57,776 bases of DNA from Bacillota bacterium (GTDB lineage Bacteria; Bacillota_I; Bacilli_A; Acholeplasmatales; Acholeplasmataceae), in assembly GCA_027620815.1 (NCBI GenBank), contig JAQCDH010000001.1, positions 1 to 57,776 on the forward strand, read 5' to 3'. Of the stretch, positions 17,459 through 25,965 are shown in pieces (the first letter of the stretch is position 1; each line of letters begins with the position of its first letter). Both the position numbers and the translations under genes were made by a program. The notes under the pieces are model-generated. The model saw only the letters and a list, made by a program, of their open reading frames with translations. It searched no databases and had not been told where the DNA came from.

Positions 17459-18663
17459 GAAAAACCATCACAATAATCACGCTTCTTTTAAGTGTTTTCT
17501 TACTTCAATCGTGTCAAGGAGAAACACCAAACATTGTTATTTCTAAAGTGTTCGATGCAACATCGATGTCTAATAATGTTATTGAATTATATAATCCATC
17601 CAATGAACCAGTGGATTTAAACAAGGTTGAATTAAGAATTTATAATAATGGGTCGACAACAGACGGTGGGGATCACGCCATACAACTTGAAGGAAGTCTC
17701 GAACCAAATTCCTATTATGTAGTTTCAGGGAACAATCCAACGAATATAAATATTCAAAACAAGACAGATTATCAATATAACAATAACTTACCTTATAATG
17801 GTAATGACGTCATAGAACTTTTTTATAATAATCAAAAAGTAGATCAATTTGGGCTATTAGGATTTGATATTAATTTTGCAGTCGATCTTACAATGATAAG
17901 ACTTGGTGAAAAAGAAGACTATATCGCATCAACAGAATATAATCAATTTAATTTTATTGCATATATTCCTGATTTGTTTGAGAACTTAAAAAACGATAAT
18001 CATGACATTAAAACACTTGAACAACTCTATCAAGGGCCGCAATTAGAACAACGCTATTTAGATTTGCCATACGTTGACCCAAACAACAATGAATTAGGTT
18101 ATGGAGGTGCAGCAGAGGTTCAATTGAACGGAGTTGCTGATGGAGATACCGCATTTTTTACCTCAATGAATGGATATCCAGGAGGGTCGTTAAGATACTT
18201 TTACTTAAACACACCTGAAGTGAATGGAAGCAATGTATCAGCAGAACCATGGGGATATGTTGCTAGTAAATATAATAAAGAATATCTTTTAAGCGAATCT
18301 AATTCAAAGACCATACACATACAATCAATTCCTGGAAATAGTCTACAAGAGGGATATGGTAGAAATCTTGGACTTGTTTGGATCAACGGGGCCCTTTCAC
18401 AATTTTGGATTGTCGCAGAAGGATTATCAGAAGATGTTGGTTCACAATACCAAGCCTATGATTATTTGTTAACCTATAAAAATGTACCTTATTTAACATT
18501 TTTAAGATTTGCTCAACATAGAGCAGAACAGAATAGTTGGGCAACTAAAGGATTTCCAAATGATCCAGAAGGTGAAAAATCTCCTGACTGGAACTATGAC
18601 ACAAGAAGAAATACAACTGAAAATCCAGTTTGGACACCACACTTAAAACTTCCTTGGGAATAA
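17455..18663 (+). CDS. Surface lipoprotein fusing an N-terminal LTD to a C-terminal staphylococcal (micrococcal) nuclease domain
   Basis: Lipobox MRKTITIITLLLSVFLLQSC. The LTD reads NNVIELYNPSNEPVDLNKVELRIYNNGSTT...NGNDVIELF. SNase blocks are ADGDTAFF, LRYFYLNTPE, EPWGYVASKYNKEYL, GYGRNLGLVWING and IVAEGLS. Confidence 0.85.
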   Translation: MRKTITIITLLLSVFLLQSCQGETPNIVISKVFDATSMSNNVIELYNPSNEPVDLNKVELRIYNNGSTTDGGDHAIQLEGSLEPNSYYVVSGNNPTNINIQNKTDYQYNNNLPYNGNDVIELFYNNQKVDQFGLLGFDINFAVDLTMIRLGEKEDYIASTEYNQFNFIAYIPDLFENLKNDNHDIKTLEQLYQGPQLEQRYLDLPYVDPNNNELGYGGAAEVQLNGVADGDTAFFTSMNGYPGGSLRYFYLNTPEVNGSNVSAEPWGYVASKYNKEYLLSESNSKTIHIQSIPGNSLQEGYGRNLGLVWINGALSQFWIVAEGLSEDVGSQYQAYDYLLTYKNVPYLTFLRFAQHRAEQNSWATKGFPNDPEGEKSPDWNYDTRRNTTENPVWTPHLKLPWE

Positions 18664-18684
18664 AAGCGGGGCAACTCGCTTTTT
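18663..18684 (+). terminator. Rho-independent terminator after the nuclease gene
   Basis: AAAGCGGG pairs with CTCGCTTT (one G-U pair) around a GCAA tetraloop, followed by a T-run. Confidence 0.6.
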
Positions 18685-18729
18685 ATTATGAAATATGATA
18701 TTCTATTATAATCTTCAAAAGGAGCAAAC

Positions 18730-19686
18730 ATGAAAGATGTCATCTTAAGCAAAATCAAAGCATATCACACGATTATCATCCATAGACACCTAAGGCCCGA
18801 TTTAGATGCTATTGGGAGTCAAATGGGATTGAAATTTCTTTTAGAAAGACAATTTCCAGATAAAAAGATATGTGTTGTAGGGGATTTAAATACAATGAGT
18901 TATCTTGCAAACATGGACGAAGTAACTGATGAAATGTATAAAGATGCACTTGTTATTATTACAGACGTTGCTGTATCACATATGATTAGTGATGATCGTT
19001 ATCTATTAGGAAAAGAAATTATCATTATCGATCACCATGAAAACGATACTGACGTAGAAAATGTTTCAATCCATTATAAAGATACGAGTTTTAACTCAGC
19101 ATGTGAGATGATAATAGACATTGCTAAGACATACGATTTTCATTTATCAAAAGATGCAGCGACGTATCTTTATGGAGGGATGGTCACAGATTCTGGAAGG
19201 TTTTTATACTTAAAAAATCCAGAAAGAACCTTTTTACTCGCAAGCTATGTATCTCGTTTTGAACCTAATATCCAAGATTTATATAATTATTTGTATACCG
19301 AAACACTTTCAAGAAAAGTATTGAAAAATCAATTTTCATCATTTGAACTTACTAAAGAAAATGTTGCTTATAGAATTAACTCCAAAGCCTTAATTGAATC
19401 AACTGGTGAAGACTTTCAATCCATTAGTCGTGGTATGGTCAATCAAATGTCAGGCATTAAAGAAGTGCTGATATGGGGAAGCTTCTCTGAAGATCAGAAT
19501 GGTTCTTATGTCGCCGAACTTCGTTCAAGAGATATCCCGATTGTAGATGTTGCTAAAAAATATGGTGGCGGTGGGCATTTAAATGCTTGTGGTGCAACAT
19601 TAGAAAATATTGAAAAAGTGTATCAACTCATAGAAGACTTAAATGAAAAGGTGAAACAACATGACAAACATTCTACAAGAAATTAA
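18730..19686 (+). CDS. DHH/DHHA1 phosphoesterase, NrnA-like (nanoRNase, pAp phosphatase or Pde2-type), paralog 1
   Basis: HRHLRPDLDAIGS (DxD motif), IIIDHHEND (DHH), GGGGHLNACG (DHHA1 GGGH). 318 aa. Confidence 0.85.
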   Translation: MKDVILSKIKAYHTIIIHRHLRPDLDAIGSQMGLKFLLERQFPDKKICVVGDLNTMSYLANMDEVTDEMYKDALVIITDVAVSHMISDDRYLLGKEIIIIDHHENDTDVENVSIHYKDTSFNSACEMIIDIAKTYDFHLSKDAATYLYGGMVTDSGRFLYLKNPERTFLLASYVSRFEPNIQDLYNYLYTETLSRKVLKNQFSSFELTKENVAYRINSKALIESTGEDFQSISRGMVNQMSGIKEVLIWGSFSEDQNGSYVAELRSRDIPIVDVAKKYGGGGHLNACGATLENIEKVYQLIEDLNEKVKQHDKHSTRN

Positions 19687-20593
19687 ACGATTTGATACGA
19701 TTATTATTCATGGACATAAAAGACCAGATGGGGATTGCTACGGAGGACAATACGGACTCAAAGGCATTTTAAAAGCAGCCTTTCCTCAAAAGAACATTTA
19801 TGTTGTAGGAGAAGAAAGTGATTACGTCAAGTACGTAGGAACGCCAGATGTGATTACTGATGATGTATATAAAGATGCATTATCAATTGTTGTTGATACA
19901 GCGACCAAAGATCGCATAAGCGACATGAGATATACACTAGGAAAAAAAGTGATTAAAATTGACCATCATATTGATGTTGACGCTTATGGTGATATGAATT
20001 GGGTAGATACGAGTTACCCTGCAGTTTCTGAAATGATTACTGACTTTGCATTTCAGCACAAGTTAGAAATTCCATTAGAATCTGCAATCGCTTTATATAC
20101 AGGGTTAATTACAGATACGGGTAGATTTCGTTATCGTGGCGTTTCAAAAAGAACACATACACTTGCTGGATTATTAATCGAAGCAGGAGTTGATGTTGAA
20201 CTTATTGATTCAAAACTCAGCAAAGAAACACTAAAAATGTATGCCCTAAAAGGATATGTTTATTCTAATTTTACAACTGTTGAAGGTGGATTTATATACT
20301 TAAAGATGCCAAGAGCAGTTATTGAAGAATACGGTGTCACAGATGAAGAAGCTGCTTCTGTTGTCAATTTAATAGGAGGATTAGATGGGTATCCTGTTTG
20401 GGCACTTATGATTGAATATGAGAATGAAATCCGTATAAGACTAAGATCTTCTGGACCAATGATTAATACACTTGCTGAAAAGTATGAAGGTGGTGGCCAT
20501 GCAAAAGCATCAGGAGCAAGATTACCTTCTTGGGAACATGTTGATCAATTTAGTAAAGATGTCATTCAACACATAAAAGACTCAAAGGAGTAA
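19661..20593 (+). CDS. DHH/DHHA1 phosphoesterase, NrnA-like, paralog 2
   Basis: HGHKRPDGDCYGG, KIDHHIDVD and EGGGHAKASG motifs. AAGGTGA RBS. Overlaps paralog 1 by 26 nt. Confidence 0.85.
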   Translation: MTNILQEIKRFDTIIIHGHKRPDGDCYGGQYGLKGILKAAFPQKNIYVVGEESDYVKYVGTPDVITDDVYKDALSIVVDTATKDRISDMRYTLGKKVIKIDHHIDVDAYGDMNWVDTSYPAVSEMITDFAFQHKLEIPLESAIALYTGLITDTGRFRYRGVSKRTHTLAGLLIEAGVDVELIDSKLSKETLKMYALKGYVYSNFTTVEGGFIYLKMPRAVIEEYGVTDEEAASVVNLIGGLDGYPVWALMIEYENEIRIRLRSSGPMINTLAEKYEGGGHAKASGARLPSWEHVDQFSKDVIQHIKDSKE

Positions 20594-20596
20594 ATC

Positions 20597-21106
20597 ATGG
20601 AGTATATTTTAGATAGTAATATTACACTAGAACAACTGTTTTATATTATTTTATTACCACTATTTTTAACATCAATCATTGCTTATTTTATCGGATTTGA
20701 AAGACAGAAGATTGGAAAAGCAGCAGGTATTTCTTCTCATATGCTTGTCGCGTTCGCAAGTGCTGCAATTGCAATCATGCAACGCCTACTTTATGAATAT
20801 GAAATCAATCAACTTGGGATACAAGAAGTACAAACACAACGTATTATTGCACAAGTACTCACGGGTATAGGGTTTATTGGTGCAGGTGTCATTTTAAAAG
20901 AAAAAGGCTCAATTAGAGGAATTACCACAGCAACAACGATTTGGTCATCTGCCATCATAGGACTTATATTAGGGAGTGGGTTTCTTGTTTTAGGTGTCAT
21001 TGTTGGAGTGTTGATATTTTTATTTATTTTTCTAAGAGACTTAGCAAGAGGATTTAACCCATTTAGAAAAGATCATAAAAATGAGGAGCTTGAAGACCAT
21101 CTATGA
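20597..21106 (+). CDS. MgtC/SapB-family membrane protein (short form)
   Basis: IGFERQKIGKAAGISSHMLVAFASAA and GIGFIGAGVILKEKGSIRGITTATTIWSSA are typical MgtC-family blocks. At 169 aa it lacks a long soluble C-terminal domain. Confidence 0.8.
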   Translation: MEYILDSNITLEQLFYIILLPLFLTSIIAYFIGFERQKIGKAAGISSHMLVAFASAAIAIMQRLLYEYEINQLGIQEVQTQRIIAQVLTGIGFIGAGVILKEKGSIRGITTATTIWSSAIIGLILGSGFLVLGVIVGVLIFLFIFLRDLARGFNPFRKDHKNEELEDHL

Positions 21107-22446
21107 TGTCATCTACGATTGCAGCAATTGCTACCCCTTATGGAAAAGGTGCAATTTCAATCATTAGAATAAGTGGTAATGATGCCATTATCCTTTCATC
21201 TAATCTATTTAAAAAAATGAATCTCACTAGTCTTAAACCAAATCAAATGATACATACACAACTTCTTGAAAATGACATGGTTATAGACGATGTAATGATT
21301 ACAATTTACAAAGCACCTAAATCATATACTGGTGAAGATATGGTTGAAATCTTTTGTCATGGTGGTATTCAAGTTACTCAAAATGTGTTATATGCTGTGT
21401 TAAGACAGAATATAGAACTTGCTAAACCTGGTGAATTTACAGAACGTGCGTATTTGAATCAAAAACTTGATTTAATACAAGCAGAATCAGTGATGGATCT
21501 TATTAACGCTGAAAATGACTTACAAATTAAACTGGCTCAAGCCGGTCTTCAATCTTTTATCTCAAAGAAAATTCACACATTTAGAGAAAAAATCATGTCT
21601 TGGATTACGCATATTGAAGTAAATATTGATTATCCAGAATATGAATCTGAAAATGAAATCACTCAAGCGTTTTTAATGCCACAACTCATCGAATTTATTC
21701 ATGAAATTGATGTGTCTTTAAAAGAATCTAACAAAAACAAGTGGATAGTTAATGGTTTAAAAACAGCCATTATTGGAAAACCAAATGTTGGTAAAAGTAG
21801 TTTATTAAACGCGCTTATTAAAGAAGAAAAAGCAATTGTTACAAACATTCCAGGAACAACCCGAGATGTGATAGAAGGTTATATTAACATCAACGGTATT
21901 AAACTCCACTTACTTGATACAGCGGGCTTACGCCACAGTGAAGATACAATTGAACGCATCGGTATCGAAAAATCAAAACAAGTGATCGAAAAGGCTGAAC
22001 TGATTATTTTTGTTGTTGATCAATCTCAACCCATTGATGAAGAAGAAAAAGCACTTTTAGCGTCCATTTCACACAAGCCGCATCTTGTTGTTGGAAATAA
22101 AAACGACATTAGTGATAATCGATCAGGCATTGACCTCATTTCGTTATCGGCTAAATCCTCAATAAATATTCATCTTTTAGAGGATGCAATCAAAAAGCTA
22201 TTTGAGTTAGGCGACTTAGATTCTAGGAACATAGAATTTCTTTCTAACGAAAGACAAATCAAGCTATTAGAAAAATGTCATCAACATTTAAATCAAGCGG
22301 TGACATCAACAAAAAACAACTTACCAATCGATATGATTCAACTAGATTTAAGAGACGCTTGGGAAGCATTATCAGATATTACGGGTCAAAGGTATCACGA
22401 ATCACTTGTTGATGACATGTTTAGACGCTTTTGTCTCGGTAAATAA
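21103..22446 (+). CDS. mnmE: tRNA modification GTPase MnmE
   Basis: G-domain motifs GKPNVGKSSLLN, DTAGLR and GNKND, with the C-terminal FCLGK. ATGA overlap with the upstream gene. Confidence 0.95.
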   Translation: MMSSTIAAIATPYGKGAISIIRISGNDAIILSSNLFKKMNLTSLKPNQMIHTQLLENDMVIDDVMITIYKAPKSYTGEDMVEIFCHGGIQVTQNVLYAVLRQNIELAKPGEFTERAYLNQKLDLIQAESVMDLINAENDLQIKLAQAGLQSFISKKIHTFREKIMSWITHIEVNIDYPEYESENEITQAFLMPQLIEFIHEIDVSLKESNKNKWIVNGLKTAIIGKPNVGKSSLLNALIKEEKAIVTNIPGTTRDVIEGYININGIKLHLLDTAGLRHSEDTIERIGIEKSKQVIEKAELIIFVVDQSQPIDEEEKALLASISHKPHLVVGNKNDISDNRSGIDLISLSAKSSINIHLLEDAIKKLFELGDLDSRNIEFLSNERQIKLLEKCHQHLNQAVTSTKNNLPIDMIQLDLRDAWEALSDITGQRYHESLVDDMFRRFCLGK

Positions 22447-22457
22447 ACACCATTTCA

Positions 22458-22466
22458 TGATATAAT
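22458..22466 (+). promoter_or_regulatory. Extended -10 element TGATATAAT upstream of dnaX
   Basis: An exact TGnTATAAT match 18 nt upstream of the dnaX ATG, with the AGGAGA RBS in between. Confidence 0.4.
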
Positions 22467-22483
22467 AACGTTAGGAGATATAC

Positions 22484-24160
22484 ATGGCATATGTCGCATT
22501 ATATCGTGCATATCGACCAAAAACATTTCAAGATGTGATTGGTCAAGAAGCTGTGATTCAAACGCTTCAAAATGCACTCAAATTTAATCAAACATCACAC
22601 GCCTACTTATTTAGTGGACCAAGAGGAACTGGAAAAACATCGATTGCTAAAATATTTGCTAAAGCAATTAATTGTTTTCAAGAAGATCAAGAAGTATATG
22701 ATCACTGCGAGGTGTATCACACATTAAAAGCTTCTGATATGACAGATATTATTGAACTTGATGCTGCCTCAAATAATGGTGTTGATGAAATTCGTGACAT
22801 AAGAGATAAAGTTAAATTTATGCCTAGTATCGGTAAATATAAAGTTTATATTATCGACGAGGTTCATATGTTAACTACGGGTGCATTTAACGCATTACTA
22901 AAAACATTAGAAGAACCACCACAACATGTGATTTTTATTCTTGCAACTACAGAAATTCATAAAATACCGCAAACGATTTTATCCCGTTGTCAACGTTTTG
23001 ATTTCACACTCGTTTCTACAGATAAAATCATTAAAAAAATTGATGAAATTGCCTCTAAAGAAGTTATTAAAATCACTAAAGAAGCTACAAAAGCAATTGC
23101 TATTTTAGGTGGTGGCTCAGTAAGAGATTCCATTTCTTTACTTGATCAAGTTCGTGCTTATGCAGCAGCTGAAATTACTGAAGAAATCGTTTATCAAGTG
23201 ACCGGTGCAGTATCCAGTAAGGATTTACAAGAACTTCTTCAAGCAATCGTTAATAAAGAGGCTGCAGAAGCTTTAAACATTATCAAAAAACAAATGTATC
23301 AAGGAAAAGAAGTTGGTCGAATTCTTGCCGATTTAACAGAAGCCCTTTCTCAAATACTAAAAGAAAAAGCAACCAAGCAAAAAGGATTTTACGAATCAAT
23401 TTCATCCTACATTCCATTTGAAAAACTATATCATTATTTAGATGTGATTAATGCATTAAGTTATGATATTAAATATACAACTCAAAAAGAGACCTATTTA
23501 GAGCTTGCTGTTGTAAAAATGATTGAACACCAAGTAATTACAAATATTGATGTTTCATTTGAAATTCAAACATTGCGTCTAGAAATTCAAAAATTAAAAG
23601 AACATAAGCAATCGCAAGTGATGACACAACCTGAAGCTCCAATTAAAGAAGAAAAAAGAAGTGAGCCACAAGTAGGAAGAGAACCGCTTGTTACAATAGT
23701 TGATGTCGAAAGAATTTTACATCAAAGTGACAAACAAAAGAAAGAAAGTCTATTAGCAGCATGGCATAAATTAGAACAATTTGATGAACCCGGAAAAGAG
23801 TTATCAGCCCACCTGTTGTTTGAAGGTGAACTAGAAGCCGTATCAGAAAAAGAAATGCTTCTTGTTTATGATGATGTTGCAACAGCGACTCAAATGTATG
23901 ATCAAGATATTAAAAATGACGTTTTAGAAATATTAAATTCAAAATCCAAAGTCATTGAAAACTACGCTGTCATTTTAAAATCAGACTGGCTTGCAATTAA
24001 GGCGGAATATGTCACATTGTGGAAACAAGGGCATACAGAACCTAAATTAACCAATCGTGATTTACAATTATATAAGAAAAGTAATCGTATTAAAACCGAT
24101 GAAGCTTATGATATCGCAAAAGAATACTTCGGTGAAAAAGCAACAAAGAAAGGAAACTGA
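22484..24160 (+). CDS. dnaX: DNA polymerase III subunit tau (gamma/tau)
   Basis: GPRGTGKTS Walker A, IIDEVHML, and the sensor motif LSRCQRFDF. 558 aa. Confidence 0.95.
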   Translation: MAYVALYRAYRPKTFQDVIGQEAVIQTLQNALKFNQTSHAYLFSGPRGTGKTSIAKIFAKAINCFQEDQEVYDHCEVYHTLKASDMTDIIELDAASNNGVDEIRDIRDKVKFMPSIGKYKVYIIDEVHMLTTGAFNALLKTLEEPPQHVIFILATTEIHKIPQTILSRCQRFDFTLVSTDKIIKKIDEIASKEVIKITKEATKAIAILGGGSVRDSISLLDQVRAYAAAEITEEIVYQVTGAVSSKDLQELLQAIVNKEAAEALNIIKKQMYQGKEVGRILADLTEALSQILKEKATKQKGFYESISSYIPFEKLYHYLDVINALSYDIKYTTQKETYLELAVVKMIEHQVITNIDVSFEIQTLRLEIQKLKEHKQSQVMTQPEAPIKEEKRSEPQVGREPLVTIVDVERILHQSDKQKKESLLAAWHKLEQFDEPGKELSAHLLFEGELEAVSEKEMLLVYDDVATATQMYDQDIKNDVLEILNSKSKVIENYAVILKSDWLAIKAEYVTLWKQGHTEPKLTNRDLQLYKKSNRIKTDEAYDIAKEYFGEKATKKGN

Positions 24161-24161
24161 T

Positions 24162-24452
24162 ATGAATCCAAATATGTTAAACAAGCTCAAAAAAATGCAA
24201 AAACAAATGCTTGAAGCACAAGAACAACTTGAGTCCAAAGAGTTTTACGGAAAAGCAAGCGGAGTAACAGTGATTGTTCTAGGAACAAAACAACTCATCG
24301 ATGTTCAAATCGATCCAGAACTATTAGCAGAAGTTGAACTACTTCAAGATGCCATTGTGATGGCAACCAATGATGCACTTAAGCAAATAGAAAAAGAAAC
24401 AGATGAAACCATGGGCCGATTTGCTGGTGGCATGGGTGGATTTGGATTCTAA
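24162..24452 (+). CDS. ybaB: YbaB/EbfC nucleoid-associated protein
   Basis: The internal ATG at 24162 gives MNPNMLNKLKKMQKQMLEAQEQLESKEFYGKASGVTV. The dnaX-ybaB-recR order is conserved. Confidence 0.9.
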   Translation: MNPNMLNKLKKMQKQMLEAQEQLESKEFYGKASGVTVIVLGTKQLIDVQIDPELLAEVELLQDAIVMATNDALKQIEKETDETMGRFAGGMGGFGF

Positions 24453-25036
24453 TGTATCCAAAAAGTCTAGAAAAACTCATAGAGGATTTTCAAAAGTTAC
24501 CAGGAATTGGTGAAAAAACAGCTGAAAGACTTGCACTTCACCTGATTACCACTCAATCTAAAGAAGATATTTTATTATTTTCAAAAAATTTAGAAGCAGT
24601 CACGACATCCATTCATGAATGTCCAACATGTCATATGATTACTGATCAACCCTTGTGTGATATTTGTAGTGATTCAGACAGAGAAAACATTGTGATGGTT
24701 GTAGCAGAAGCGAAAGATGTGATTTCACTCGAAAAAATGCAAACGTATAAAGGTTATTATCATGTTTTAGGAAATTTAATTGATTTTTCAAGAGGAATTT
24801 CAAATGAAGATCTTAATATTGATACGCTTCAAGCACGGTTATCTCATTTTAATGAAATGATCATTGCAACCAACAGTACGGTAGAAGGTGAACTTACAGC
24901 CCGTTACTTACATTCTTTATTTAAAGATAGCATCACTGTTACAAGACTCGCTTACGGATTACCAATGGGAACAGATTTTAAATATGCAGACAGTCAAACA
25001 CTGGCTAAAGCAGTTGAAAATAGAAAAGGATTTTAA
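24452..25036 (+). CDS. recR: Recombination protein RecR
   Basis: HhH region LPGIGEKTAERLA, Cys4 zinc finger CPTCHMITDQPLCDIC, and a Toprim region. TAATG overlap with ybaB. Confidence 0.95.
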   Translation: MYPKSLEKLIEDFQKLPGIGEKTAERLALHLITTQSKEDILLFSKNLEAVTTSIHECPTCHMITDQPLCDICSDSDRENIVMVVAEAKDVISLEKMQTYKGYYHVLGNLIDFSRGISNEDLNIDTLQARLSHFNEMIIATNSTVEGELTARYLHSLFKDSITVTRLAYGLPMGTDFKYADSQTLAKAVENRKGF

Positions 25037-25051
25037 GAAAAGGGGGTTTAT

Positions 25052-25318
25052 ATGGAATCAAGTGGCATCTTAAATGTTATTAATAATATTTTTGGAGATA
25101 TTAACGGATTTCTTCAAAACCTCATTCAATTTGATGACCTCATCCTTGGATTTTATGATCAATTCATTGCACCACTTCCTGAACTTGTTAAAATTCCGGG
25201 AAGTGTCTTACTTGCTGTGATTCTTGTTTTAGGAACAATTCAATTTGTTAAGAAAATGCTTAAATTATTTATTGTTGTTGCGGTGATTCTTGTCATCGTC
25301 TTAGCAATGTCATCATAA
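25052..25318 (+). CDS. Small hypothetical membrane protein (88 aa)
   Basis: ORF preceded by GGGGG, with two hydrophobic helices in the C-terminal half. No family was recognised. Confidence 0.5.
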   Translation: MESSGILNVINNIFGDINGFLQNLIQFDDLILGFYDQFIAPLPELVKIPGSVLLAVILVLGTIQFVKKMLKLFIVVAVILVIVLAMSS

Positions 25319-25322
25319 ATGC

Positions 25323-25351
25323 TTGCAAATGTATGTGGTTTACGTTACAAT
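25323..25351 (+). promoter_or_regulatory. Promoter upstream of rpoE
   Basis: TTGCAA (25323-25328), a 17-nt spacer, then TACAAT (25346-25351). An AGGAGG RBS follows at 25365-25370. Confidence 0.5.
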
Positions 25352-25374
25352 AGTTACGTTTTTAGGAGGCGTCA

Positions 25375-25965
25375 ATGAACAAACCAAATGATTCATTATC
25401 AATGTTAGAACTTGCAGAACTCTATATTAGAGAAAAAAATGAAAATACCCCACTTCAAGATATCATCAATTATATTTTTGAAGTAAAAGGTTTTCAATTA
25501 AACGATTTTCAAAAACTAAACGCATTTTATCTTGATTTAACGCATAGTGCGAAATTTGTATTTTGTGGTAACAATCTCTGGAACCTTAAAGAAAACAATT
25601 TAGAGCTATGGGATAAAGAAGGGTTTGCTTACGTTGGAGATGTTGATGCAAGTGAAGAAGATGTCGAAGAAGACATCGAATTTACTGATTTTAATATTGA
25701 TGATATTTCACTACCATCTGAAGATGAAGAACTTCTTGTCGAAGAAGATAATGATGACGATGAAGAAGACATCGATATCATTGAAGATGAAGAAGAGATT
25801 GAAGCGATCTTAGAAGAAAAAGAATATATCGATGTAGAAATTTCAATGAAATCAACCGATGAAGATGACGGCGATGATGTTGAACTTGATTTTGATGAAG
25901 ACTTTGATGATGAAGACTACAATGAAATCATGGATGATTACGAAGATATGTATGACGAAGAGTAA
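25375..25965 (+). CDS. rpoE: RNA polymerase delta subunit
   Basis: N-terminal HARE-HTH-like region (LSMLELAELYIREK...FYLDLTHSAKFVFCGNNLWNLKE) followed by an Asp/Glu tail of about 110 aa. This is the typical Firmicute/mollicute delta factor layout. Confidence 0.8.
   Translation: MNKPNDSLSMLELAELYIREKNENTPLQDIINYIFEVKGFQLNDFQKLNAFYLDLTHSAKFVFCGNNLWNLKENNLELWDKEGFAYVGDVDASEEDVEEDIEFTDFNIDDISLPSEDEELLVEEDNDDDEEDIDIIEDEEEIEAILEEKEYIDVEISMKSTDEDDGDDVELDFDEDFDDEDYNEIMDDYEDMYDEE

Noticed and set aside
25640-25965. GAAGA(T/A)-rich low-complexity DNA that looks like a microsatellite
   Set aside because: It encodes the poly-Asp/Glu tail that is characteristic of the RNA polymerase delta subunit. It is imperfect and in frame, so it is an expected feature.
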